DNA of 64,000 nt from Lama guanicoe (Eukaryota). Every line of letters begins with the position of its first letter. The first letter of the stretch is position 1. The stretch is from positions 6,792,122 through 6,856,121 of the forward strand of contig MU053810.1 of NCBI GenBank assembly GCA_013239625.1, given 5' to 3'. Under the pieces are notes generated by a model that was not told the DNA's origin, ran no database searches, and saw nothing but the letters and a program-made list of their open reading frames with translations. Below, one piece after another: positions 1 through 13,254 of this stretch. Both the position numbers and the translations under genes were made by a program.

Positions 1-3000
1 AGAACTGAGAAGATGCCCAGCGACAGATGAGCCACTTCCTAGAAGCCAAGATTCCCAAGGTGAAAAAAATGCCATTTAAATACTGTCTAAAAATTGTAGT
101 TTGCCAATGTTCAGCATTCAAATTTTACCTTCAACGCTCTGTTTATGTAGAGTAGGACAGAAGAAGGTGAAATAAAATGGCAAAACAGTTAATTGAGTGA
201 AGGGAAACAATTCCAGCACTAGTCAATGTTGTAAAGAGCTGCCCAAGAGCCTGGGTTATTAAGTGTTTCATCCACTTTCGTGGCTTAAATTTTTTAATTA
301 AAATTCTATCTGAATTCATGTGACAGACAATTCAGTTCTAGCCCTGAAGACCTCTACTATCTGTCTGTATGAATTAGAATAACTAGGCAATCATCAAATT
401 TTTAATTTACTGTATGATGGCAAAAATAGCCTAAGAAACTGAATGGCTGATACAGTGACAGCCCTGAAAAGTACATGGATCCAAACACATCAGAATCTGA
501 ACTGAACAGGGCTTGACAGGCAGTGTTATCATCTGGAGTCACCATTCTATCAGTCATTTTGCCGCAGAATGTACAACTGTTTGGAGGAGAGACATGAAGC
601 CAGACCACTGGGTAGTATGAAATAGTTACACAGAGTCTGAGAAGTCGCTGCCAGTTATCAGAATGTTGTAGTTTACTTATCAGGGCTCCCAACCTCAGCT
701 GCACTGAGATCCTGCCTGACTCCCCTGTGAGGTTCTGAACAACAGGAAAAGTGATAGAAATAGCCCCAAACTACACATTCTTGGAGATGTCTCACATTCT
801 CATTTTTGCCTCACCCCCGGTTTCCATCTGACTTTTATGGAAGAGAAGTCTTGGTACCTCCTTCTTTCTTATAATGAATGAAATGGATGTGCTCTACATT
901 CAGCCCCTCCACTTACTCACTGAATCCCATGTCCTTTTGTCTATTTAAGGGCTTCCCTAATGACAATATTCACTTCTCTCCTGCCCCAACATTTTCCATC
1001 CACAGCCCTGAAAACATGTTGTACTTTTCCTCATTAAAAATAGTCTCACCTGATCTACAACTTCCTCTAGCACCCAAATTCTCTACTTCCCTACACTGCA
1101 AAACTTGCAGAAAGAATGCTTTCTACTTGCTGTCTCTATTTCATCTCATCCACTTCCTCTTTAGAATCACTGTTAGCCTTTCATCATCCACTGCACCAAA
1201 ATGGTCTTGTCAATACCATCTCAGCAGTGTCAAATGCAGCAGGCAATTCTCTCACAAGACCAATCAGTAGTTTCTGAAGGAACTGACCACTCTCTTCTTT
1301 TTCTTGAAAGGCAATATGTACATTCAATTTATCCTTCTATTTTCCTGCTAGATCATTCCCAGTCTCCTTTGCTGAATCCTTTTCATCTTCCAGATTGATA
1401 ACAAACAGAGCAACTCAAGATATATATATATATATCTTGGAACTGATATATATATTCATATGCCATAATATGGAACCATATTAACATAATGTGGAACAGA
1501 AAGTAATGTTTGGATTAGAATGGCATCTGGACATGTCTATACTTGAGTTAACCATATTATCTCCAAAGCCTAGAGATGGCATTCGAAATAAATCTCAATT
1601 AGGAATACCTGAGGATAGACAAATCATGGAGACCACAGACATCTAATCATAAATAACATCTTAGATTATTTATATTAAATATTTATAAAGGTCCATCAAT
1701 AGTGATTAAGTTTTCACAAAATACGGTCTATTTTCCTCATATTATAGAAATTATAACACGAAGAGATATTTATATACCGTAATCACAGCTTTAGATGAAG
1801 GTATAACTAAAATAAACATATAAATTTACATACTTCTCTGATATATTCTAGGCAAGCAATCTGTTCTTTCTCCTAAAAGCTCACGTTGACCCCTCTAATT
1901 TAAACGATAGGTTCAAATTCTTCCTTCAGTCACACTGATACCAGGATCTGGATATGCTGAGGTCGGTTGGGTTTTTGTTACTATCATTCCATGTTAGTGT
2001 TATTTCTTTATATTTTTCCTCTTTTGCTGTTTTATTTAAGTAATATATCTGTTTTACTGAACTGTGACTCTCTAGTGTCATTGTGTAGTCCCTGACATTC
2101 AAAGTGTGATTCGCTTTGTCAAAAATGTCATCTTCTTGTCATTTTTAAAGAATACTTGCTACCATTTTAAATAGTGCTTTTTAAATAATAGTGTTTTTAA
2201 GTGTTCTACAATTTTTTCCCATTAACTTTGAAGAGGAAACTATTTTCCAGAACACATTACTAATTCTGACAACTTTTCTTCTGTTTGTAGCTATTTTCTT
2301 AATTATCTCTCAAACATGTCTAAGCATCTTCAGACCTTCTTATGTCAATTGTTCATGAATAAGACCAGAGATAAACTTGGACATCACAGTAGTTGTGGTC
2401 TGCTAATACAAACACCTGACAACTAAAGTTTCCTACAGACTAAAGTTCTCTAAAACTACGTGTTCACATCTAATACCTAAAACCCAAAGTATAACTTTGT
2501 TAGGCTTTTTATTAACTGAAAATAATTTACCAAACTTCAGAAATAGCTAATTACTTCTGTGTCTCGAGCCTGCACGGGAAAATTCAAGATGCATTTTTTT
2601 TTTGTAAGCACAGAAGAAACAGCAACCATTGAAAAAGAGACAAAAAGAGTTTCTGCCATGTTTTTCCCACGGGTAAAGACGTTAATCCACAAACCCTGGC
2701 AGGGGAGTTAGAAATGAACTGATACTTTACCCTTTTCAAACTTTTTTACTAGATGGCTAAAACATGCTAGCCATGACGTTGCTGCAGAAGTACAATTTCT
2801 TATCATTCAACTCAAACCATCTCACTGTCAAATTCTCTATCACTGCCAGAGTCAGTCTCCCCCCATTTGCTCCTATGAAGGCATTCTCAGTATCATTTAT
2901 TATGTTCCTAGTCTACTGCCAAACTGTGACATATCAACACTCTGAGTCTGTCTCCATTTGGTCCTACTAGAAATTCTCTGCAATTGTGGTGGTTTAGTCT

Positions 3001-5129
3001 CAATTTACTGTCATTTTTTTAATTTAACCTCTTCGTTTTTATTCTAACATAATGAGTTCTTTAACTTCTTTTCACTGAAGAGTTGAGATTTGAGCAAAGA
3101 TTTAAAGAAGATGAGGGAGTTCACCGTGGAGATATGTGGGTTAAGGTGCTCCAGGAAGAGGAAACAGCCGATGCCAAGGCTGTGGGTGGGGGTTGGGGAA
3201 AACAACCTGAAAATAAATAGCACTGATGTCCTTTACAGAAGGGCACATCAACCAGTCAAATAGGTAACCAGGATTAGAGGGGAAAATTTACTTTATTAGC
3301 TGAAACCAGTGGTTTTGTCAAGCCAAAGACAAACTTCTAGACTCCATATTACTTGATATGTTTTACTAATCCCTAAAATGTTATTTTTATGTGATTTAAT
3401 AAGAAAAATATACTTGAGCTGAATTTTTTAAAAGCTCCTTTTTTCTTTCTTTTATAAATTGTATGAAAGTTTTTAAGGTGATTATGAAGACTAATCATTT
3501 GTTCACAAATGTACGGACTTCAAATCATGAGTCTCTTTTGAGAATCTGTAAGAATATGTTTTAAATGCTTCAGTTCTCTGCTACCCAATTATAACAATGC
3601 TAAATTTAGTCAGATTTTGGTTTGTCCTTATCTGCACAATGATGATAATCTCTAATTTGGACTTTCCAATATAAGCATTGTTATGAAATCGTCTGTAGTC
3701 TAAGATTGCTTAGAAAAGGCAAAAATAACTTTAATTCTTGCAAATCTGTACAACAATATGCAGCATAAAAAGGAGAAAAGGCTCATTGCATAACAACTCA
3801 GTAGAACAGTGAATATCCTCAAAGCGTCCTTCCAGGGAGTCACCCAGCCTGAAAAACAATTTTACTTTATTCAAGAACACTTAAAAAAAAACTGTAAGCC
3901 CCAGTAAAAATTTCATGAGCCATTCTGGTAGAGGCCATATAAGGAACAGAGAAAGAAGTAAGATATTTAACAAACAAGTATAGGTCAAATTTATACCATC
4001 ACCTTCTTAGATTCTTTGGCTATATTAGGTTTACTTAATCACCTTTATCACTTAATACAGAGATCCTCCTGAAAGCAAAAAAATCTAGCCAAAAGTTATA
4101 AACTTCATTCCTGCAAAACCCAGGAAAGCCAGTGAGCTCTGGCCTAATGACCAGGTTATTCCTCTTGCCAGGAGTGCTCTGTGCATGCACACCATGCACA
4201 TAAACATACCCTACGTAGACAAAGACTTTATTATCAATTTCTGAGACATCATCTTCCATTCTCTCACCTAAAATAAAATTACTTTTCTTTCCAGACTCAA
4301 TCAATTATATATTTTAATGTCCTTTCTTCCTCTGTATCTTACATTACATCCAAATCTTCATTAAGTAATTTGTCATCATGACCTTTCCGTCATTGGAGCA
4401 CGGACACTAACTTATTCAAAACCAAGGTATATAGCACGAGTTTGGGAGCTACACACTCATTGTCCAAGCAGCTGCAGAAAGAATTTACGTTATGAAAGAT
4501 GAATTAGACAGCTAGTTAAGCATGAAGTCAACATGATGATGTATCCTATTGCTTCTGTTGGGGAGAATTTGTTTGGTAAATCTTTTCTGTTTTTTTCCGT
4601 TTTTTCCTCCCAGGCATAATAGAATTGTCAAGCAGAAGTATTTCTTTTATTCCTTTTAAAATTCCATTTCTCCTTTTTTTTTTCTGTACTTGATATATCA
4701 TATAGGTCCACCACATGTCTTTCAAAATTGGATCCCAGTCAGTAAAAAAGGAGCAGTTATTGAACATTTAGCAGCCTAACACATACTATTGTTTCAAATG
4801 TCCTTCTTTTCTAGAATGCAACTGTTTAACAGGCTTTAAAATTCTTCTATAGATTTTAGGCCCATGCTCTTTATTAGGACCACTTGATTTGAATAAGTAT
4901 GAATCCTACAAATAAAAAATATATGAAAATTTGCTAACATCTAAAAATAACATTAAGAAGTGTTTAATGCCTAACTGTAGGCATTACACAAAGTAGTATA
5001 AATAAGGACTACCATTTCTGGTCTCCCACAATCAAGCAGATTCTCTGGAGGCTATTTCAATAGGACGGCAGCAACTAGTTTAGGGTACGGTTCTAAATTC
5101 ATCCATGTATATCCTTATTCTTCATTCAC

Positions 5130-5540
5130 TGCATACTTACTGTGCTTTGACAGTGGCGACGGGCACTGAGCCAAGGGCTGCACATACAATAGTGAGCAAC
5201 ATGGAAACAGGCCACTGCTCTCACAGAACTAGAGTTTGTACAGGAGAGTGACAGTAATCAAATAACTGCACTTTGAAATGTACTCTTGCAAACTGAGATA
5301 GGAGTTGTTAAGAAAGAGACCAGGATTTCATGAGAAATTATTGCAAGGAATTTGACTCAGATTGGGGTCAAGGAAAGCTTTCTTGAAAAAGCGATCTTTT
5401 AGGAGAAATCTAAAGATGATTAGTTAAAAAAATAAAGATGATGGTTATTAATTAGGCAAAAGACTTGGTGAGATGGGAGTGGAGCAAAGAGAGGAGGAGT
5501 CTTCAGAACTGAAGGAAAAGCATGTGAAAAGTTCTTATGA
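5130..5540 (-). mobile_element. L2 3' fragment, interrupted by the MLT1D-like LTR and resuming at about 6022-6290
   Basis: Motifs cctgctctca-like and ggggtcaaggaaagctttcttga; downstream gagtttcggtctttattcta. Confidence 0.6.
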
Positions 5541-5546
5541 TAAGAG

Positions 5547-6021
5547 GCGTAATTAGTTTCTTATTGCTGCTGCAATCAGCACAAATTCAGTGGCTTAAAA
5601 CAACACAGATTTATTATCTTACAGGTCTGGAAGTAAGAAGTCCAAAATGGATCGAATATGGAACTAAAATCAAGGTGTTCCTTCTAGAGGCCTTGGGGGA
5701 AGAGTATGCTCCCTTCCCTTTTCCAGCTCCCAGAGGCTGCCTGTATCCCTTGGCTTGTGGCCTCTTCCTTTATCTTCAAAACCAGCAACAGACAGTCCGA
5801 TATTTTTTGTGGCTTCATCTCCATCTCTTTGACTCTCTTCTGCTTCTCTTTCTCACTTGGGATCCTTGGACCATTCAGAGAATCCAGAATAATCTCCTAA
5901 ATGTGAAGTCTTTAATTTAATCAATCTGCCAAATTCTTTTTCCCACGTAAGGTAACATAGTCACAGGTTTCAGGAATTAGGACTGTGGACATCTTTGGGG
6001 AGCCATTATTATGCCTACCAT
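5547..6021 (-). mobile_element. MaLR solo LTR (MLT1D-like)
   Basis: Minus strand starts tggtaggcataataatggctccccaaagatgtccac...cctgtgactatgttaccttac, matching the recalled MLT1D start; AATAAA at 5615-5610. Confidence 0.85.
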
Positions 6022-6729
6022 GAGATCGTGTTTCATTTAAAAACTGAAAGAAAGTCAGGGTAGGTAGGTACAGAAAGTGAGGAAAAAGTAGTACCGGATG
6101 AGGCTGGCTGCTGGGGGTGGACCAGCACCACACTATGCACAACATTATAAACCATGTCAAGAGTTTCGGTCTTTATTCTAAGAACACTGAGAAGCTATAG
6201 AGATAGTGAGAGGTTAGATTTGATATTTTAAAATACCTCTCTGGCTACTGGGTAGAAAATATATTTTAAAATAGCAGAGGTTCAGGAAAAAGATGATCAG
6301 AGCAGCAACAACACATATTCATACGATTAAGGTTATTATTCAGATTATTGAAGTCATTTCAGGTCTTTTACTTCATAATTGGGCAATTCCATGACTTTGG
6401 TTAAATATCTGTCTGGTAGTTTAATGGGGAGAAGGTCAAACGTTCCAATATACAAAATACCATTTATACAGAAATACTACCAGGCATGATAAACAGTCTT
6501 TGTATTCTTATATTGCTTCTATTATTAATTACTGCGTATAACTCTAGATGTATGCTAATAAATTAGGACACTTAAATAATATGGATATTTTTATGGAAAA
6601 ATAAAAATTACACCTAAATATATATTTGTCTTAAGCAGAAATATAACATGTAATTCAAGAAGTAGAAAACCTGGATAGATTAAGAATGCTTTTGAAAAGT
6701 GAGTCAGGAAAGATAATTAAAAAATGGGG

Positions 6730-7480
6730 TAACAGAGGGGGCAGGACCAAAATCATGTTGGGCCTTGAAGGCCATCCTAAGGATTTTGGCTCTTACTGTA
6801 AGCAAAATGGGAAACCTTCTCTGAATTTTGAGAAGAGGAATGCCGTGGTCTAACTCTGGCATTAAAACTGGCTGATATTTTGAAAATATACAGTTGGCAG
6901 AGGGTAAGCACAGAGGAAGAGAGGCCAGGAAGAGACTGGCAATAATCCAGAAAAGAGTGATCGTGGTTTAGGCTATGTTGGTAGCAGTGAACATGGTGGG
7001 GAGTAGCTGGATCCTTGCTATGTTTTGAATGGTTTTCCAATGGATGTGAGAGAAAGAGCTGTCAAGGATGACTCCCAGGGTTTTGGCCTGAGCAACTAGA
7101 AGGGTGGAGTTGCTGTCAGCAGAGACAGACAGACTGACTGACTTGGGGGCTGAGGGAGATCAGCACCCCAGGTAAGAACACGACAGGGAATTCTACCGGA
7201 CCTTCCAATGGTTAAGCTGCTGAAAGTGAGTTTGGAGCTCAAGGGAAAGGTTTAGGCTGGAAATACAAACTTGGGGGTCACTGGTAATTCAACAGTATTT
7301 AAAACTTTTGAGGCTAGATGAGATCACCAGGGGAGAAGAGTGAGAAAAGCTGCAAGGACTGAGTCCTGAGACCCTCCAGTATTAAAAAGTGGGAAAGAAG
7401 AAAAAGAATCAGCAAAGGCTGGAATGGAGCTGCTAGCGAGGTAAGAGGAAAACCAAAAAGAATTTGGTGGCCTGGAAGCT
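6730..7480 (-). mobile_element. L2 fragment
   Basis: Motifs aggattttggctcttact, gtcaaggatgactcccagggttttggcctgagcaact and ggactgagtcctg. Confidence 0.75.
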
Positions 7481-8169
7481 CTGCCTCTTACTCCTCTAAC
7501 ATCTCCTCATCTTTCAGATCTCGGTCATATATTTGATTCCCCAGACTTGGTTAGGTGTCTCTCCTAAGTGCCTCTGCAGCATCCTGCCCTTACCACACTT
7601 CTCAGCATTTGTCACATTACATTATAACTGCCTGTATGGACTATCACCTCTTCTAAACTGTAAGCTTCTTGAGATGAGAAAGTAAGTTTCTCTCACGTAC
7701 AGTGTTCCCAGATTAGCATAGCGCTTGATACAGAACTGCTGAATACAAGTTGGTTGACTTGAATTAGTAAAATCAGTACTTACCTTCTGGTTCCAGACAT
7801 GTTACAAGTGCGATGGGAAGAGTCTACCATGATTACCTATGCCACTAGTACCGCACACACATTTATTTTGTTTATTTTTCTATGTAACCATTTGGCATTT
7901 TTCAGTGGCATTAACTACTTGGTGTGTCACATGGTTCTGATTCAGGTAGCGGGGAAGAAAAGGGAAAGCAGTATGTATATGTATATACAAAGCATGCTTT
8001 TCACATGTGAGTTCAGCTAAGCATTTAACCCTTCTTACAAATTTGGAAAGAAAAGTATAATTAGCGCCATTTTACAGGGGGAAACCAAGGTTTCCTTGTA
8101 TGCTTTTGTATGCTTAAGCAAAATAAAATGGCAATTTAAAAAATGCAATTATACAATAAAGTTACTTAC

Positions 8170-8238
8170 CGGAAAGTATAGAAGCAGAGACCCAAAAAGG
8201 ATTGTTTCCAACAGAATAAGGCCCGATGCCCTGATGCT
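8170..8238 (-). CDS. GPR158: GPR158 internal coding exon (human exon 5 equivalent): ICL1/TM2
   Basis: Not in the ORF track; read by hand as SIRASGLILLETILFGSLLLYFP, the direct continuation of ...HFRKAK. Polypyrimidine acceptor ...gttgtttttag|AGC and donor CCG|gtaagt. Length 69 bp, phase 0-0. Confidence 0.96.
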
Positions 8239-8787
8239 CTAAAAACAACAAAAAAATGAAAATGTCATTGTTAATGGGCATTTCTAGGCATAGGAGAATT
8301 TATGCTATTGTGATAATGCCTCAAATGAAACAGCATTCTTTGAGGGTGGGGGAGTAATGACTAGAAATTGGCTAGTATTTCAAACAGGTGGACTTAACTG
8401 AAACATGCAATAAGACTGACTATAAAGGTGGTGGTAGACTTAATGATATTGCCAGTGGCTTCAAGGAATTCTGTTCTCTAAAATTTGAATGACTAAACAG
8501 TCTGAGCAGCTTAGAACACTATTTAGAAGATCCTTTCAACCTAAGAAATTCACAGACACAGAAGATCTCACCTGTATTTCTAAAACATTGGCCACGAGTG
8601 CATTTCCACTTGCTACCCCTAAACCATCTCACAAATACCTGAGTGATGGTTTCAGGGGATAGAACAAACATATGTACAAGGTCTTGACATCCCAATGGTA
8701 TATCTCCCACCATGTCAGAACATAGTCCCCAAAACTCAGTAACAGAGCTTCACACTATAAACAATATAAATCCCATTTTAAAACAGA

Positions 8788-8965
8788 AAATAATTTAATT
8801 ATTTTAATAATTTAATTATTTTATATGTAATGTAATTTAAATATAATAATAATTATATATATAATATATATAATAAATATAATTATAAATTATATATACG
8901 ATTTAATTATTTTAATGTATAATTTAATTATTTTTAATTATAAATCATGAAATAAATTATTTTAA
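8788..8965. repeat. AT-rich low-complexity tract with recurring atttaattatttt units
   Basis: Almost purely A/T; the motif recurs several times. Confidence 0.8.
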
Positions 8966-9211
8966 CTCAAAATTCAAAAGAAGAAGTTGATTTTCAGGAC
9001 AAACTTCCTGATTACTTAAAGTTTGTTAAGCATGTAGTCAATGATCTTAAGCTATTTTGTTAGACTCAAAATAGCATTATCTTCCCAAAGCAAAATGCTT
9101 AGAGTTGTGACAAGAAATAAAAGACCAAACAATCCTATTTTCTAATAATAAATTTTGCTTTGATGAGTTCAAGTATCAATATAGTGCAAATGTATCAACT
9201 AAGAATACAAA

Positions 9212-9328
9212 CAAAAAAATGTGACAATGAGTGTGTATATGTCCATGCATGACTGAAAAATTGTACTGAACACTGGAATCTGACACAACATTGTAAAATG
9301 ATTATAAATCAATAAAAAATGTTAAAAA
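9212..9328 (+). mobile_element. Young, very short L1 3' end
   Basis: Same family as the 53582 copy (gtgacaatga...tgacacaacattgtaaaatga); 11-bp TSD aagaatacaaa at 9201-9211 and 9329-9339. Confidence 0.88.
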
Positions 9329-11073
9329 AAGAATACAAATGAATCAGGTCATTCTAGATCACCTGTATTTTCACTCAATGCAATGTAAAATGTATACACA
9401 AGTTACACCTGGTGTGAATATGATGTCTTAACAGGAAATGTAGTTTAATTAATTTTGCAACAACAAAAAGAAGCTGAAATGCTAAACCACAAATACATTG
9501 CATTAAAAAAAAAAGTATCATCCAACTGGACAGCCAGAGAAAGAAAATTCTAGTTCCTCTTCAGAATGCTGGTAGGAGATTGCTAGACAGAATACTGCGT
9601 GTAATCCCTCAAAGGAACTCGGGGTTTTCATTAATCTAAGAATTTAGTCAGTGAACAGATTTGATTATTCGAGTAGCTTCTCACTCTTGGTCATCATTTT
9701 AGCTGGCAGATGCTCTTAGTGAAAAGAAAATTTCTATCATCAAGACTTTAAATGGATTTGGCTGATAGAATTTCCAGCATGGCAAATTACATTCATATCT
9801 AATGATGAATACTCCACAGTTTATTTTTTAAACTTTCTCCAAAATGACACTGATGTAGAGAGAGAGAGTCCAAAATATAATGCAAGACTGATTGTAAAAC
9901 GTCTCTGCACTATCCTTTGAGAAAAAGGGATATAAAAAGATGCTGCAAGGCTTAATGGAAAAGACAGACATTGCAGTTAATGTCATCTCAATTTGAATTA
10001 GGAAACAACCACTTTAGTCAGGTGACCTTGAACTTCAATGGCCTCACCTGACAAAAGGGTATCCTAATCGCTGCCTTATTAAATCTGGCTGCTTTAATAA
10101 AATATGAAGTAAACAAAAATGACCAGCATCATGCCCGGCATGCAGTAAGCAGGAACGCATTCTTCAAGGAAGGAAGCAACAGCGGGACCGTGAATTTGAA
10201 AACCACAGAGATGTAAGTAGCGGTGAAAAATTTTTTAAAGCTTGGGATCCAAAATGACCCCAGAGGAGCCAAATGCCTGGCGGTAGAGAACACAACAGTT
10301 CTTTTTTTAGGGCCATTAGGTTCTTAGCTGTGTTACAGCCATCACTACCATGTGACAACAGCAGTAGGGGTGCATGGTCTCCCATATTCTCAGAGCAAAT
10401 TATCTGCCTCCTTTTCATCTGGACATGTTGAACAGTCTTAATACTCCATTGCCTTGCTCCAGGTTGAGCAGATGAGCCCATAATTTCAAATTATAAATTG
10501 GAACTCCAACAAGTGCTTCCATAATCAGATGTAAGGCCTGTTAAAAAATGTGTGCTTTTTCTTTGAAAATAATCTTGGGCTGAGTTGGCTTCATGGCCTC
10601 ACAGAATGAGCAGGTACTTAGTAGGTGGGACTTCAGGGGCAAAGAAGAAAGTTCATGCTCCCTAAAACGTTTCCCCATTGTCTTGTTAGTACTGGAAGTT
10701 CTTTTAACTGGAATAAAACATTTTGTTTTGTACTTGGTGCTAACAATTAATATACAAGTATTATTGTAAGCAATACACCGACTTAAGTTCAAAGTGAAGG
10801 ACAGGAATCTTTTCCTCAGAGTCCAAGAGACAGGATGAGGAAGGAGAGAGGAGGGACTGAAAACCAAAGATGGATGAAAAAGATAATGAGCAAAATAACA
10901 GAGGCCAAGAAAAAAATTTCATCTCCTTCACAGTTTTGCCTGAGGTAGAAATGGTGGTATGGAAGTCTTTTTAACCAGAGTTGCTAACTGGAAAACTTTC
11001 TTGAAAGCTGATCAACAATATACAATATGATACTATTTATATAAAACACATACATACAAATCAACACCATGTG

Positions 11074-11104
<31 letters not shown>

Positions 11105-12769
11105 TCCTCTCTCTCTCTCTCTCTATAAATACATCAAATCCAGGTCTGGGATGCATACCAAACTGAAAACAATGTCTTTTTGTTTCTTTTGCTTTTCCTG
11201 GAGAAGTACATTTGAGGCTAGACAACTTATCTGGAAATATTTTACTTTCTTTGGAGACAGTCAAACATTGCTGTGTTACATACATTTTAATACTTAAATA
11301 AACAAAATTAAAGTCATGTAAAATATGTCAACTCAACTATTAGAAAACTAGGTATCACAATATGCAAAGGCATCTTAACAAAGCCCTTCCTACCCAACAT
11401 CTACTTAGTGAATTTTATGCAGTACCAACAACATGCATAAAATTATCAAACAGTATTTGTATGATACTTACAGGTAAGTATAAAACTGGGGGTGGGGTTA
11501 CTGAGCCTAAGTCTCTGGCTTAGAATTCACAAAGCCTAACACATATGACTCCAGAGTTGACAATAGAGGCGAGCAGATTCCACCTCACTCCACTCCATCC
11601 CACTTTCCCCATGTCTTAAACTTTCAGAACTAACTTATGAAGGTTAACAACAGTCAGATATCAAACTTGCAGACAAAAGAGAAGGTCACATCTTATTATA
11701 CTAATTTTATAAAATTATGTCAAAGTCAATTTCTAAATTCCATACTCTCTAGCTGCAAAGTGTAGAGGCATAAGATGAAGCACAGTTGATATTCTCACAA
11801 GATTTGCCTGGGATATAAACACCCAAAGGAAGCTAAGTCACCGGAAGTAACAAGATGATAAGAATGCTGAAATTTGAACTTGTAAAAATAATTAAAATAG
11901 TTTGTCATTATTTCCTTGATCATATAGGGACTAACTAATTCACTTATATTTTTTAAACATATTTAACTGCTGGGGAAATTAATGTATATTTTCCTAAAAC
12001 TGCAGCTATTTTTGATCACAACTGATTTCTTCAGCCTTGCAGCAATTAAAGTTTATTTCTATTACAAAAGGAACCTCTGAGCATAAAGACATTTTTATAC
12101 AGCTGCACCTCAAACATGTGTGATGAAAATATAAGAAAGCAAGAGAATTAAGATTCTGGAAAGAATGAACTAGCATAGGTTTAATTGATAAACCAAGACC
12201 CTATAAATCCATATCATTTACAGAAAGAATTAGCCATCGTGGCAGGAGAACATTCTCACGAGCTGCATTTTTTCTTTTCATTCTTCTGTTTCTATAGAGA
12301 AAACCATGGACAGGGAGATTACAAATGAAACCCGACAAACACCTGATGAAATAATTACACAACAATCAATTGGAAGCAAGATGTGAAAGGTGATCCTGAA
12401 AAGTCCTGACACTTGGAGGCACAAGGACACTGTTTTTCAATAATTTTATTTTATAATTATTTAAATGGATGAGAATAGACTTATCCAGTTTGACAGACTG
12501 TATGCAAGCAGTCTGTTGTAAGAAGACCTGTGATGAAACATTGAAAAGCCAATCAGATTTAGAAAAATGTGTCAAGGAACAATTGCCCAAAATGTGGTTA
12601 GTTAAAATCAACAGCAGTTTTTTTCAAAAGAACGCTCAGGAGTAAAAAAGGTATAAAAAAGCAGAAGAATATGGTCAGGATAGAGATTCCCAAAGTGAAA
12701 TAAGAGTAATTCAGAGAATTATAAATTCACAGAATAAAATATGTGGGCTTCATACCCAGATGGACCAGA

Positions 12770-12900
12770 ACCTCAGCATTGGTGGCTTATGAGCAGTGTG
12801 CTGTGGGCAAGTCACTTAACCTACTGGGCTTCACTTTCTTCATTTATGAAATAGGTGGAATGATGTCCACCTTGAAGTACTGTTGTAAAGATTAGCGATA
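12770..12900 (+). mobile_element. MIR fragment
   Basis: Core sequence gggcaagtcacttaacct...ttcactttcttcatttatgaaat. Confidence 0.65.
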
Positions 12901-13254
12901 CTGCTGCCCAGCACGGAGCAGGCTCTCAGTCAGTGGCAGCGCATCAGCAGGCTCTCATGCACAGGTAGATGAGGCGAGGCGAACATATCTAAGCTCACTC
13001 AGCTGACTGAGTGATAGGAAAAGGTCCTGTCGTCCCCAGCTGCTGATTCTCATGTCAGGGTGATTTCCTCTGTACATCCAACCTGACCCTCCGTCACCTT
13101 TTTACCCAAAGGAACAGAACTGTATATAATACTATAGTAACAAAAATATGAAGCATTACTAGAGTATTTAAAAAATCAACTACAATTAAGGGGTTTGGTC
13201 CAGATATTATCTAAAAAGTTACTAAACAATTTAACATTCCTGACAGTTTTTTTT